Shown: piece after piece, positions 47,762 through 56,664 of the stretch
Position numbering within the stretch: the stretch's first letter is position 1
How the letters are laid out: every line of letters starts with the position of its first letter
IMG/VR virus record: IMGVR_UViG_3300025715_000009
Coordinates: 224,001-288,000 of that record
Source: a virus
Lineage: Duplodnaviria > Caudoviricetes
Strand: one strand, 5' to 3'
DNA: 64,000 nucleotides
Notes under the pieces: generated by a model
What the model was told of the DNA's origin: nothing
The model's input: the letters and a program-made list of their open reading frames with translations, nothing else
Database searches by the model: none
Position numbers and translations under genes: made by a program

Positions 47762-47775
47762 AAGGTTATCTTAAT

Positions 47776-47809
47776 AAAAAAAAGGCTCACAATACAACGT
47801 ATTGTGAGC
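47776..47809 (-). terminator. Intrinsic terminator
   Basis: GCTCACAATAC/GTATTGTGAGC 11-bp stem plus T8 on minus strand. Confidence 0.85.
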
Positions 47810-47838
47810 AAATGCGAATGGAGGATATACTTTAAGAA

Positions 47839-48123
47839 TTACTCGTTCAACTTTGTAGGAGGAGTAAAAGTAATTCTCGCGGCGATCTTGTCTGCAATCA
47901 ACACATCTTCTTCAGACCAATCACCTTTTTCTTTGGCCTCTACGAATTTAAAAATCTTATTTAAATCTCTGACTTTGATGCCAGTTTTTTTACTAATTTC
48001 CTTTTTTTCTTCTCCAACATCTTCTGCAATTGATCTGGCCTCCTCTTTTAGATTCTTGATTCTGTCCCACCCTTTGCGAATGTCATCAATTGCTTCTTCA
48101 TTAATCATATCAAAGTTTGCCAT
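47839..48123 (-). CDS. dsDNA-binding protein, T4 DsbA/GapR-like
   Basis: RIKNLKEEARSIAEDVGEEKKEI....GI..RDLNKI helical pattern. Confidence 0.55.
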   Translation of the reverse strand: MANFDMINEEAIDDIRKGWDRIKNLKEEARSIAEDVGEEKKEISKKTGIKVRDLNKIFKFVEAKEKGDWSEEDVLIADKIAARITFTPPTKLNE

Positions 48124-48142
48124 ATTTACTCCTTATATATAA

Positions 48143-48517
48143 TTATGCTTCTATTTTTTCTTTTTCTAACAATCTCTTGGCAATTGTGGCTATAATATTA
48201 ATAGTCACTTTTTCATCACCATCTCCCATTTCTCCTAAAATAATATCTTCACCTTCTGGGGTTCTACATTTTATTTTACCCTCCTCAACATAAATAACTC
48301 CAAGGGCATTTGGTAGTTTTGGATAAAAATCACCACTTGCTTCAGGCCAAGTGGAATCTATTTTCCACGTTGTAGTAGATGGTGAATTATATATTTGTGA
48401 TTTATCAATCCAAATGTTATCACCTGTTGTGATTGTATATATTGCTTGTGGACCTGCAGATGTATTGCTATAATCACCTACAACATTAGATGATATATTT
48501 GTTATGGAATATTTCAT
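48143..48517 (-). CDS. Hypothetical protein
   Basis: SD GGAGG. Confidence 0.65.
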   Translation of the reverse strand: MKYSITNISSNVVGDYSNTSAGPQAIYTITTGDNIWIDKSQIYNSPSTTTWKIDSTWPEASGDFYPKLPNALGVIYVEEGKIKCRTPEGEDIILGEMGDGDEKVTINIIATIAKRLLEKEKIEA

Positions 48518-48529
48518 TTTTACCTCCTA

Positions 48530-48742
48530 TCATTGAGATAATGCTTTTTTTGCAATATCTGCAATAATTTCTGTTTTTATATCAATAGATTTTCTATGTT
48601 TACAAAATAAACACTCTACATTACAGTTTATATATTCTGTTTGTATTATTACTTTATGTAAATTGTCCCATGTAGAATAATTTTCTTGTATACTATTTTG
48701 TTTATACAAAGGACAATCTGTTTCATTACATATATTAATCAT
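48530..48742 (-). CDS. Small Cys-containing (Zn-binding?) protein, copy 1
   Basis: MINICNETDCPL...CLFCKH..DIKTEII. Confidence 0.65.
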   Translation of the reverse strand: MINICNETDCPLYKQNSIQENYSTWDNLHKVIIQTEYINCNVECLFCKHRKSIDIKTEIIADIAKKALSQ

Positions 48743-49016
48743 CTTGATTTAATAGTGCATTTTTTGCTAATGATACTATTATCTCACTTTTCATGTCTAA
48801 TTTTTGAAAATATTTACATGATAAACAATATTTTGGTGTTGAAGCTGTTAATTCATTTTTGATAATTAAAAGATTTGTTATTTTATTCAAAGATTGTATA
48901 TTAGCAACATTATTTTCTAATAGTTTTAATTTAGCATCTATGGACTGTAAAGCTTTTTTCTTATTTTCATTGTCTTTATGAAGAGGACAGTCTATTTCAT
49001 TACAACAGTTTATCAT
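48735..49016 (-). CDS. Small Cys-containing (Zn-binding?) protein, copy 2
   Basis: MINCCNEIDCPL...CLSCKY..DMKSEII. Confidence 0.65.
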   Translation of the reverse strand: MINCCNEIDCPLHKDNENKKKALQSIDAKLKLLENNVANIQSLNKITNLLIIKNELTASTPKYCLSCKYFQKLDMKSEIIVSLAKNALLNQDD

Positions 49017-49645
49017 TTTACTAATGCAAGAATATTGTGAAGTGTTATTTCTGGATTTGGATCAACATTAACAACTTGCAATTCTCCTTGTTGAATTAAG
49101 AAATCATAACCAGCCTTTACTCTTTCTTTAAATAGAAAAGTTTCTGTCTCAAATAGATCTTGAGCATTGTCTTGAGTTGAATTAATTAATTCTTGTGGTC
49201 TTTGAAGAAAGAAAGCATAGTGTGGTTTTACATTATGTGAAGCAACTTTATTCATCCAAAAAGCAAAATCAACTGACAAATCATATTTTTTTAATAGTTC
49301 TTTACCATAAAATTGATATGCAATTGTGCTATACCAATATCTATCGCAAATCACCGCCTTACCTTCTTGTAAAGCAGGTATAATTACTTTAGAAGTATGT
49401 TCTGATCTATCCAATAAAAAGGCAAAAAGATTAGATAACGGATCAAGATCATATTTTTTTGTTTTACACATATCACTTAGCATTGAATTAAATGGAGCAT
49501 CATTATCACCTGGTTGAAATGTATATATTGCCGGGATATTTACTTCATTTAATTTTTTTACTAATAGTTTAGCAACCGTGCTTTTACCAGAATGATCTTG
49601 ACTATCTAAGACAAGTAATTTATTCCTACATTTCTCTAAATCCAT
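49013..49645 (-). CDS. tmk: Thymidylate kinase (dTMP kinase)
   Basis: P-loop DSQDHSGKST, FLLDRSEH, VICDRYWYSTIAYQ. Confidence 0.88.
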   Translation of the reverse strand: MDLEKCRNKLLVLDSQDHSGKSTVAKLLVKKLNEVNIPAIYTFQPGDNDAPFNSMLSDMCKTKKYDLDPLSNLFAFLLDRSEHTSKVIIPALQEGKAVICDRYWYSTIAYQFYGKELLKKYDLSVDFAFWMNKVASHNVKPHYAFFLQRPQELINSTQDNAQDLFETETFLFKERVKAGYDFLIQQGELQVVNVDPNPEITLHNILALVK

Positions 49646-49648
49646 TAT

Positions 49649-50134
49649 TTACTCCGATTTATTTGGGTTGTCCAAGAAATCTTGCAATTTTTTAGGGTCT
49701 TTCAACATCTCTATATATGCTTCTTCGCCTACCAACGGAATGATATAAACACCCCAAGTAGTGCAATATTTTTCATTTGTTCGAATTACTTTTATTCCTG
49801 CCTGCTCATACCAATTATTTATGACAGGACACCAAGAATCTGAATATAATAATCCAGAGTTAGGTTCTGCTTTTAATGACATTGAACCAGTGCAAGCAGG
49901 GCAACTTTTTGTAGGGAATTTACCTTCATCATCTTGAGATAATTTTACATCACATTCTTTGATCCACTTATCCTTTAAATAACCTTGATAATCAAATAAT
50001 GATCCGCATATAAATGTAGAACCACAAACTTTTCTAAATAGGGCTTGTGAGCATGCAAAAAATGGGCAACCTTTTTCTTTGAACCAATTTTCTTTCCAAG
50101 AGTTGAATTCATCTTCTGTAAAATTTTTTCTCAT
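49649..50134 (-). CDS. Cys-rich hypothetical protein
   Basis: Multiple Cys including CPAC. Confidence 0.65.
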   Translation of the reverse strand: MRKNFTEDEFNSWKENWFKEKGCPFFACSQALFRKVCGSTFICGSLFDYQGYLKDKWIKECDVKLSQDDEGKFPTKSCPACTGSMSLKAEPNSGLLYSDSWCPVINNWYEQAGIKVIRTNEKYCTTWGVYIIPLVGEEAYIEMLKDPKKLQDFLDNPNKSE

Positions 50135-50817
50135 AATTTCCTTTTTAAGAAATCATTAAATGCTTTATTTAATTTGTCCTCATATTCCAATATTTCAGTA
50201 ATATGATTATTAGTAGATTGTGGAATAGATCCAGTTTTTATACGATATATTCCAGCATTATATGATGCAAGACCTAAATATGCATTTTCTGTCTTAGAAA
50301 TACACTCAGCAAGATGTTTTATTCCTGTAGCGGTGTTTTTGTTTATATTAAAAAAATCTGCTTTACTCCATTTATATATTTTGTCATTTAATTGAAATAA
50401 TCCCCAATCTCTTGATCCATTTGTGTTTAATCCACTTTTGGCTGTAGGATTAAACTTGCTTTCTCCCCAAGCAAGAGCAAATGCAAGCATAATAGGGACG
50501 TCCTGTTTCAATGCTTCTGATAAAATAATGGTTGTTATTTGTGTATCATTTGTATATTCATCAAAAAAAGAAATAAATTTCTTTATACCTTTGTTTTGAA
50601 TTATTTCATTTATCTCTAATCTGGTATAATATGTTGATTGAGAAGTAAAAATTGGTTTATATAATTCGAGCAAGATATTATAGGTAGATGTAGTGGGTGA
50701 TTCAGGAACGAATAAGGAAGATGAAAGAAGAGAAAAAACAACAGCTATAAGAAAAAATAAATTATTTCTTCTTTTTTCCACTTTTATCACCAAGCAAAGC
50801 AAGTTGTTCAGCTTCAT
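50131..50817 (-). CDS. Lytic transglycosylase (SLT domain) with N-terminal membrane anchor
   Basis: AWGESKFNP, DWGLFQLN, ASYNAG; hydrophobic N-terminal segment. Confidence 0.88.
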   Translation of the reverse strand: MKLNNLLCLVIKVEKRRNNLFFLIAVVFSLLSSSLFVPESPTTSTYNILLELYKPIFTSQSTYYTRLEINEIIQNKGIKKFISFFDEYTNDTQITTIILSEALKQDVPIMLAFALAWGESKFNPTAKSGLNTNGSRDWGLFQLNDKIYKWSKADFFNINKNTATGIKHLAECISKTENAYLGLASYNAGIYRIKTGSIPQSTNNHITEILEYEDKLNKAFNDFLKRKL

Positions 50818-51016
50818 CCATGTTTACAAAATCAATATCACCTTTTTTATTTATAACCATAAATTCTTTATATTCTGAGTTGATTATCTGCACACTATCA
50901 ATTTCACCAGTATCTAAATTTCTATATACTATTGCTTTAGTATATATATATTCGTCATTTTCTTCTGTATTAGAAAATAATACATTTAAGTTATCAAAAA
51001 AATCTTCTCTTTTCAT
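50762..51016 (-). CDS. Hypothetical protein
   Basis: Operonic overlap. Confidence 0.55.
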   Translation of the reverse strand: MKREDFFDNLNVLFSNTEENDEYIYTKAIVYRNLDTGEIDSVQIINSEYKEFMVINKKGDIDFVNMDEAEQLALLGDKSGKKKK

Positions 51017-51483
51017 TTTATTTCACCTTTTTTATTTATTGATATTACTGTTTTACAAGATGGACATTTAAATCTGCCTGCTTTACGAACTTGGAATTTT
51101 TGTTGACAGGATGAACATTCTATTGTCAAAGGAAACAAATAATTCTTATCGTGGATTTCTTTTATATCAGAAATAAATATGCAAGATTCTTTTAAGCCCA
51201 ATAGATTAAACATTTCTATTATTTTATTATTGGCATTTAAAAAATAGATTTTTTTAAGATTTTGAAATGTAGAATTGACGCTTACTAAAGATGCTATACC
51301 TTGTGATGATATAAATTCTAATTCTTTTAAATCATATATTATTATATCTTCTTTTGTTGCACTTAAAATAAGAGTTATATAAGAAGCAACATCTTGTGCA
51401 TTATATACATCTAATGATCCACGTAATTCAATAAATTTAATACCATCAACAGATTTCTCAGATGAGTTGTGAGTTTTAATCAT
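51013..51483 (-). CDS. STAS-domain anti-sigma factor antagonist with C-terminal Zn ribbon
   Basis: LRGSLDVYNA, DLKELEFISSQGIASL, FNLLGL; CSSC..AGRFKCPSC. Confidence 0.85.
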   Translation of the reverse strand: MIKTHNSSEKSVDGIKFIELRGSLDVYNAQDVASYITLILSATKEDIIIYDLKELEFISSQGIASLVSVNSTFQNLKKIYFLNANNKIIEMFNLLGLKESCIFISDIKEIHDKNYLFPLTIECSSCQQKFQVRKAGRFKCPSCKTVISINKKGEIK

Positions 51484-51486
51484 AAA

Positions 51487-51515
51487 AAACCTCCGTAATT
51501 ATCTTACGGAGGTTT
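51487..51515 (-). promoter_or_regulatory. SD-sequestering hairpin/terminator with AAGATAA motif across its loop
   Basis: Minus strand AAACCTCCGTAA-gataa-TTACGGAGGTTT-tttATG; the GGAGG SD lies in the 3' arm. Confidence 0.7.
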
Positions 51516-51525
51516 ATCATAAAAG

Positions 51526-53136
51526 TTATTTATGATATTCTTTAATGTCTACATAGATATTCTTACCATGAGGGACAGTGGTATTTTCTGTGGTAACACA
51601 CCAAATAGTCTTAATACCATGATTATCAAAACTATGTTCAAAATATCCATCAGTAAACATTACAATTGGGTAGGACTTTAGCTTTTCATTTAACATCCAA
51701 TCAAATGTTGCCTGAACGTCAGTGCCTCCTCTTCCCTTGATGGTAATTTTTTTGTAATCACCTCTCTTATATTCTTTCCAGACATCCTTAACTTCAGTAT
51801 CCCATTGCACAACAACAAGCTGACTTACATCTTTAACAATGTTTTCAATTTCTGAGAAAAAGACTTGAACTTCATGATCACCAATTGATCCTGAAGTATC
51901 AATTCCAACAACAATTTTGTTGCTGAATTTTTTAATTCCAGGGAGAGGAAGCCCACGGCGATTTCTCTTGCTCCAGTTATTCTCATAAATATTGCCAGGA
52001 GAGTTTACTGTTGCTGAAAGATATTTTCTTAAAAGCACCTTCCAGTTTATTTTTGCTCCTTTGCACAATTCTTCAAGTTTTTGAATTCCTGCACCAGTAG
52101 CATTTCCCCAACTACGAATCTTGGCAGTATCAATTACTTCTTTGATTGCTTGTTCAGCAAGAGCATCTGACTCTTCAAGAACAGAGTGATCATCAATTTT
52201 AGAACCATAAATAGCATCAAAAAGACCATCTCCATTTCCAGGTTGTTTGCCAGTTCCAGCACAATGTGGACATGGCTTGCCAGTTGGATTTCCTTGGTCA
52301 TCTTTTTCTTGGCCATCACCACCACAGTGTTGGCAAGATCCTGAACCACCACCTTGATTCATAAGATCTTGCATTTGATTACGATACTGCTCTCGCTTAT
52401 CAAGAAGCCAGAAGTAAAGAGCTTCAGTAATTGCCTCTCCTTTATATCCTTCAGCGGTTGCTTGATTAAGATATAGAGCACCTTCTGGAAGGACAAGCTG
52501 TCTGTTACCAATGGAGATGGTTGAAATATCTTCATTGATAAGCATATCTGCTGCAATGTTCCAGATGTAGTGATCTTCAAGAGCTCGTTCACCATGAACA
52601 CGAATCAAGTGTTCAATTTCGTGAACAAGAACACCTTCAATCTCTTGTTCTGTAAGAGGTGATGATTCATATTCTTCAATAAGTGGAGCTCCAAATGGAT
52701 CAAGTTTAATATTTCCTTGGTCATCCTTTTGGAAGATTGGAAGCTGACGAATCTTGTCTTTGTCTTGTTTAGATACTATAGGCTTCCCATTGTTATCAAC
52801 TGCAATAGGATTATTGTTTGCATCAACCCATTGCATTTTAGGACGCATTTGTCCACCACGAAGAAATTTAGGATTGAGATATAGGTTGATACGACCACCA
52901 CGAGAGTTCACTCCCATGGTAGGAATCTGTTCTGTCATATAATAATTAAAACGCAGAAGGAATTCAGAAAAGAATGGGGCGTGTTTTACCCATCGTAGAG
53001 AAATATCCTCAACTTCAGGGGGAATTCTTACCTTTTCTACCTTCATTCTTTCATTGAAAACATCTACTTGTTTGTGAAGATATTCTTTTTGCTCTTCAGT
53101 AAGTTCAACTTTATTGGTATTGATTTCGTTAGACAT
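51526..53136 (-). CDS. Metallopeptidase-like (HExxH) plus VWA-like protein (DUF2201-type) with DnaJ-like Zn finger
   Basis: IPTMGV, LVHEIEHL, WNIAADMLIN, CQHCGGDG/CPHCAGTG, DDHS, IDTSGSI, GRGGTD, FTDGY. Confidence 0.85.
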   Translation of the reverse strand: MSNEINTNKVELTEEQKEYLHKQVDVFNERMKVEKVRIPPEVEDISLRWVKHAPFFSEFLLRFNYYMTEQIPTMGVNSRGGRINLYLNPKFLRGGQMRPKMQWVDANNNPIAVDNNGKPIVSKQDKDKIRQLPIFQKDDQGNIKLDPFGAPLIEEYESSPLTEQEIEGVLVHEIEHLIRVHGERALEDHYIWNIAADMLINEDISTISIGNRQLVLPEGALYLNQATAEGYKGEAITEALYFWLLDKREQYRNQMQDLMNQGGGSGSCQHCGGDGQEKDDQGNPTGKPCPHCAGTGKQPGNGDGLFDAIYGSKIDDHSVLEESDALAEQAIKEVIDTAKIRSWGNATGAGIQKLEELCKGAKINWKVLLRKYLSATVNSPGNIYENNWSKRNRRGLPLPGIKKFSNKIVVGIDTSGSIGDHEVQVFFSEIENIVKDVSQLVVVQWDTEVKDVWKEYKRGDYKKITIKGRGGTDVQATFDWMLNEKLKSYPIVMFTDGYFEHSFDNHGIKTIWCVTTENTTVPHGKNIYVDIKEYHK

Positions 53137-53177
53137 ATAATCTCCTGCAGCTATTATATCATAATATATGCTGCTCT

Positions 53178-53207
53178 AAAAAAAGTGTGGGGGCCAAAGG
53201 CCCCCAC
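53178..53207 (-). terminator. Intrinsic terminator
   Basis: GTGGGGGCC/GGCCCCCAC stem plus T7 on minus strand. Confidence 0.8.
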
Positions 53208-53224
53208 GAATGTAGGAGGATCAC

Positions 53225-54445
53225 TTACTTTTTAGTAAGAGCTGCAACAATTTCCTTTGATTCGGCAATATACTTTTTAAGATAAGCATCAATAAAGTCA
53301 TTTCCTTCTTTGGAACACTTACGGGTGAGAGTTTGCATGAAAGCAATGTAAATGTCCTTTTCAAGGCAGTCTGCACTATAGTCATGGATGTTTGCTAACC
53401 AAGAATCAAGAAGTTTTTCAGAAGAAGCAGCTGCTTCCTTCTTGGCATCTTCTTTGTTCTTGCCGTTATTGACTGCAAGCTTGAATGCTTTCTCAAATTC
53501 TCGATCTTTTGTTACTGTCCAGTTCTTGGCAACATAGTTAGAAAGTTCTTCATTGAGACCATAAACTTGATCTCGTTGCATAGACTTGATTCTCTTCTTG
53601 ACAATCTTATACTTACTAAGAACATCGAGAGGTGTGACAATTGTCTTTTGTTCAAGCCAAGTAATGAACTGAGCAGCTGCTCCATTGATAATGGATGGGC
53701 CAATTAGTTCTGTTACGTCCTTAGTATCCATATTCTCGTTTTGTTTAAGAACATCAGAGAATTTCTTCCATGAACGAGGAGTAAGAATTACATCGTCTTT
53801 TTCATTGAGCTTTTTCTCAAGATAACCAGGTTTAGCCTGAATGAATCCAATCACATCAGGATGAACGCCAGCAGCTTCTGCCCAATCAAGCCAGCATTTG
53901 TCATTGACAGTTGTGGTAAAGTGAGCAAATCGGTTGTTAAGAGCTGAGTCCATCTCATTGACATCTGTCCCATCATCCTGTCCAAGGTTTCCTGCGGCTA
54001 CGATGAACCAGTTATCAAGGAGTTTATGAAGACCAACGGCTCGGTCAAGAACAAGCTGGAAAGCAGCTTGCTGAACATCAAATCTTGCTCGGTTGAATTC
54101 ATCAAGGAAGAGAATTCCACCATCTTTGAATTTTTTTCCTTTATTGATAGGATAGGTTTCTGGAATATTAAGATCAGCAAAAGCTCTGAAAGGAATAGTT
54201 TCTGGTGGAAGCCATCGAGATGAACCAAGAGTAAGATCTGGGGTTGGGATACCTCGAAGGTCAGCACTTTCAAGCTGAGAAAGACGAAGATCAATAAATC
54301 CAATATCCAGTTCTTCAGCAATCTGGTAGGTGGCTTCTGATTTACCAACACCAGGTGCTCCATGGATAAATGGAGTTACAGATTGAGTATATCCCTTTTT
54401 AAGAAGAAGGCGAAGTCTAATCTTTAGTTCAGCAATGTTCATCAA
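53225..54445 (-). CDS. MoxR-like AAA+ ATPase
   Basis: Walker A GAPGVGKS, DLRGIP, Walker B LFLDEFNR, AAGN, ALNNRF. Confidence 0.9.
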   Translation of the reverse strand: MMNIAELKIRLRLLLKKGYTQSVTPFIHGAPGVGKSEATYQIAEELDIGFIDLRLSQLESADLRGIPTPDLTLGSSRWLPPETIPFRAFADLNIPETYPINKGKKFKDGGILFLDEFNRARFDVQQAAFQLVLDRAVGLHKLLDNWFIVAAGNLGQDDGTDVNEMDSALNNRFAHFTTTVNDKCWLDWAEAAGVHPDVIGFIQAKPGYLEKKLNEKDDVILTPRSWKKFSDVLKQNENMDTKDVTELIGPSIINGAAAQFITWLEQKTIVTPLDVLSKYKIVKKRIKSMQRDQVYGLNEELSNYVAKNWTVTKDREFEKAFKLAVNNGKNKEDAKKEAAASSEKLLDSWLANIHDYSADCLEKDIYIAFMQTLTRKCSKEGNDFIDAYLKKYIAESKEIVAALTKK

Positions 54446-54494
54446 TTACTCCTTTAAATGTCTTTGATGTAATTATATCTTGAAAATTCTATCT

Positions 54495-54830
54495 CTAAAT
54501 AGGAATAAATCCAGAATGTGGTGTCCATTCCCAATTATGATATTCAAGTTTACTAATTGGACTTTCCCAGAAATTATCTTCTATTTTATCTGGATAAAAC
54601 ATTTTAATTGCTTTATATAAACCATTTGGCCCCTCACCACCATATCCGATAGAGAATCCAGATGCTCTATAGGCGTCATCACCATCAAACACGAAATATG
54701 TTTTACAATTGACAGCATTTTCTGCTTCAATAATAACTTTTACAAGTTTTCTTTTATTGTAAAATTCAAGAGTTTGTAGGCTTTTTTGAGTGACTCCATC
54801 ATTGTCATAACCAATAATATTCATATTCAC
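54495..54830 (-). CDS. Hypothetical protein
   Basis: GFSIGYGGEGPNGL Gly-rich motif. Confidence 0.65.
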   Translation of the reverse strand: MNMNIIGYDNDGVTQKSLQTLEFYNKRKLVKVIIEAENAVNCKTYFVFDGDDAYRASGFSIGYGGEGPNGLYKAIKMFYPDKIEDNFWESPISKLEYHNWEWTPHSGFIPI

Positions 54831-54847
54831 CTCTCAAGAATATATGC

Positions 54848-55555
54848 CTATTTTTCTAACAAAAATCTTGCTTTCATATTTATTGAGCAATTATTTCTTG
54901 ATATGATGTGTTCCATTAAGGAATAAAAAAAAACATCATCTAAATGTGTTCTCATATAAGAAATTATTTCATCAGAAAAGTATACTATATTTGAAAAAAC
55001 TGATAAAAATTCAAATGATACCGCAGATGGCATTGAACAAATAAATTTTACTGCAGGTTCAAATTTAGAATTGTCAGCACGAATAATAGAGATCAAAGCT
55101 CCTTTTCTCTCATTTAAAAAAGTATAAAAATCATTATTCATGCCACAAACAGATTGAAGAAAAAAATCAAAATCAATATATTTAGACATAGTTTTAGGAA
55201 TTATTTCCCATGCTAAAAATACAAGACCAAGATCTAATTTCATGATATATTGTTCTATTAAGTCTTGAGTTATTTCTTGTTTAATAAGAGTTTCAGTATA
55301 TATTGCTTTTGTTATATCTCTTGATTTAAGACCAACTTTTGAAATAACATCTATAATTATAGATTCTGGTAATTTTTGAAGACTGACAAGATCATATCTT
55401 ATCTCTCTTATTTTCCATAATTCTAATAATAAATCATCTGACAGTTGATTTGTTTTAAAAAATCTTTTTAATCGAGATCTATTTCCACCACTACTAAACC
55501 ATTTATAGTCTTTATTAAGTATTTTTTCTTTTATTAAGGCTTCATCTATAAGCAT
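54848..55555 (-). CDS. Hypothetical helical protein
   Basis: 235-aa ORF. Confidence 0.6.
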   Translation of the reverse strand: MLIDEALIKEKILNKDYKWFSSGGNRSRLKRFFKTNQLSDDLLLELWKIREIRYDLVSLQKLPESIIIDVISKVGLKSRDITKAIYTETLIKQEITQDLIEQYIMKLDLGLVFLAWEIIPKTMSKYIDFDFFLQSVCGMNNDFYTFLNERKGALISIIRADNSKFEPAVKFICSMPSAVSFEFLSVFSNIVYFSDEIISYMRTHLDDVFFYSLMEHIISRNNCSINMKARFLLEK

Positions 55556-55971
55556 GATTCAATATATTTTTGAACATCATTTAACATATCTTTATCATTA
55601 TTAAAAAATTTTTCAACAAATTCTTCTGCCATTTCTAAAACAGTATCGATTACAAGATCATTCTCTAATTCTTCATAATCATCATAATCAATATCATTTC
55701 TTGAATATCCATCAGCTAAAAATTCATGGGCCATTTCACTCCAATTAGAGCGAATGGCCCACTTGTCATAATCCTCTTTAGCCTCTTCTACCTTATCATA
55801 TAAGATATTTGCTAATTCTTCAGGAATAATATCATTTTCCTCAAAAACTCTTTGCACATGTGATGAAAAAGAACCAGACGATAAAAGAATTTTAGCCTTC
55901 TCGTTATCTTCCATTCTATCTGCCTGAAAATAAATTGATAAAAGGGATGATTTTTGCCTCAGGAAGAACAT
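55546..55971 (-). CDS. Acidic hypothetical protein
   Basis: Likely true start at MEDNEK (55914). Confidence 0.55.
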   Translation of the reverse strand: MFFLRQKSSLLSIYFQADRMEDNEKAKILLSSGSFSSHVQRVFEENDIIPEELANILYDKVEEAKEDYDKWAIRSNWSEMAHEFLADGYSRNDIDYDDYEELENDLVIDTVLEMAEEFVEKFFNNDKDMLNDVQKYIESCL

Positions 55972-56266
55972 CTTTCATGTTTTTAGCACCAGCTGGATTT
56001 AGAGTATGAAGAATAATTTCATCAAATTTTAGATCTTGAGAGGCAACCCATTTAGCAAATTGATAGCCTGTATTAGGTTCATTTGAGTCAACATAAACAC
56101 GATCATCAAGATCATGATCAAGAAAAAGGACATCAAAAGGACCAAGCAGTTGAACTGCCTCTATGGCATCTTTAACATTATCAAAAAAATAAAGATCATG
56201 CTTAAAAAGATGCTTTTTGAAAAGCTTAATCCTCTCAGGAGAATCTTCAAGTATGAGAGCTTTCAT
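55916..56266 (-). CDS. Cyclic-phosphate-processing receiver-domain protein
   Basis: ILED..R, LFLDHDL, TGYQFAKW, ILHTLNPAG..NM. Confidence 0.8.
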   Translation of the reverse strand: MKALILEDSPERIKLFKKHLFKHDLYFFDNVKDAIEAVQLLGPFDVLFLDHDLDDRVYVDSNEPNTGYQFAKWVASQDLKFDEIILHTLNPAGAKNMKDVLPEAKIIPFINLFSGR

Positions 56267-56624
56267 ACATCCCTCTCTTTACAGCCTTAAAGATATACCC
56301 TGCATCACTTAATACAAGGGTTTTGATAACAAGACTCTTTTTCCATGTTTCATCAACTTGTCTAAATCGTCTATTATATTGTACTGTAAATTGGTATCCA
56401 CCTAAAGCCTTTAATTGCTTTACAGTGTAATGTTTTAAAAGATTACGATAAATCTTTAAGGCACGTGAAAATATAACCTTTATGTTATGATAACCTGGAT
56501 TTGGATTATTTTTAAGAGTTGAAATGGCTTCTTCTACAGCCATCTGTGAAAGTGTTCTTGAATTTAAACGTTTACCTTGGAGAGCAGCTTTAGCCAAAAG
56601 AGCGTTTCTTAAACCAATATCCAC
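56247..56624 (-). CDS. Basic hypothetical protein
   Basis: GTG start after AGGAG. Confidence 0.6.
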   Translation of the reverse strand: MDIGLRNALLAKAALQGKRLNSRTLSQMAVEEAISTLKNNPNPGYHNIKVIFSRALKIYRNLLKHYTVKQLKALGGYQFTVQYNRRFRQVDETWKKSLVIKTLVLSDAGYIFKAVKRGMYESSHT

Positions 56625-56664
56625 GTTTTACTCCTTGAGGATTAGTTGGTATTAAATATGCTTA

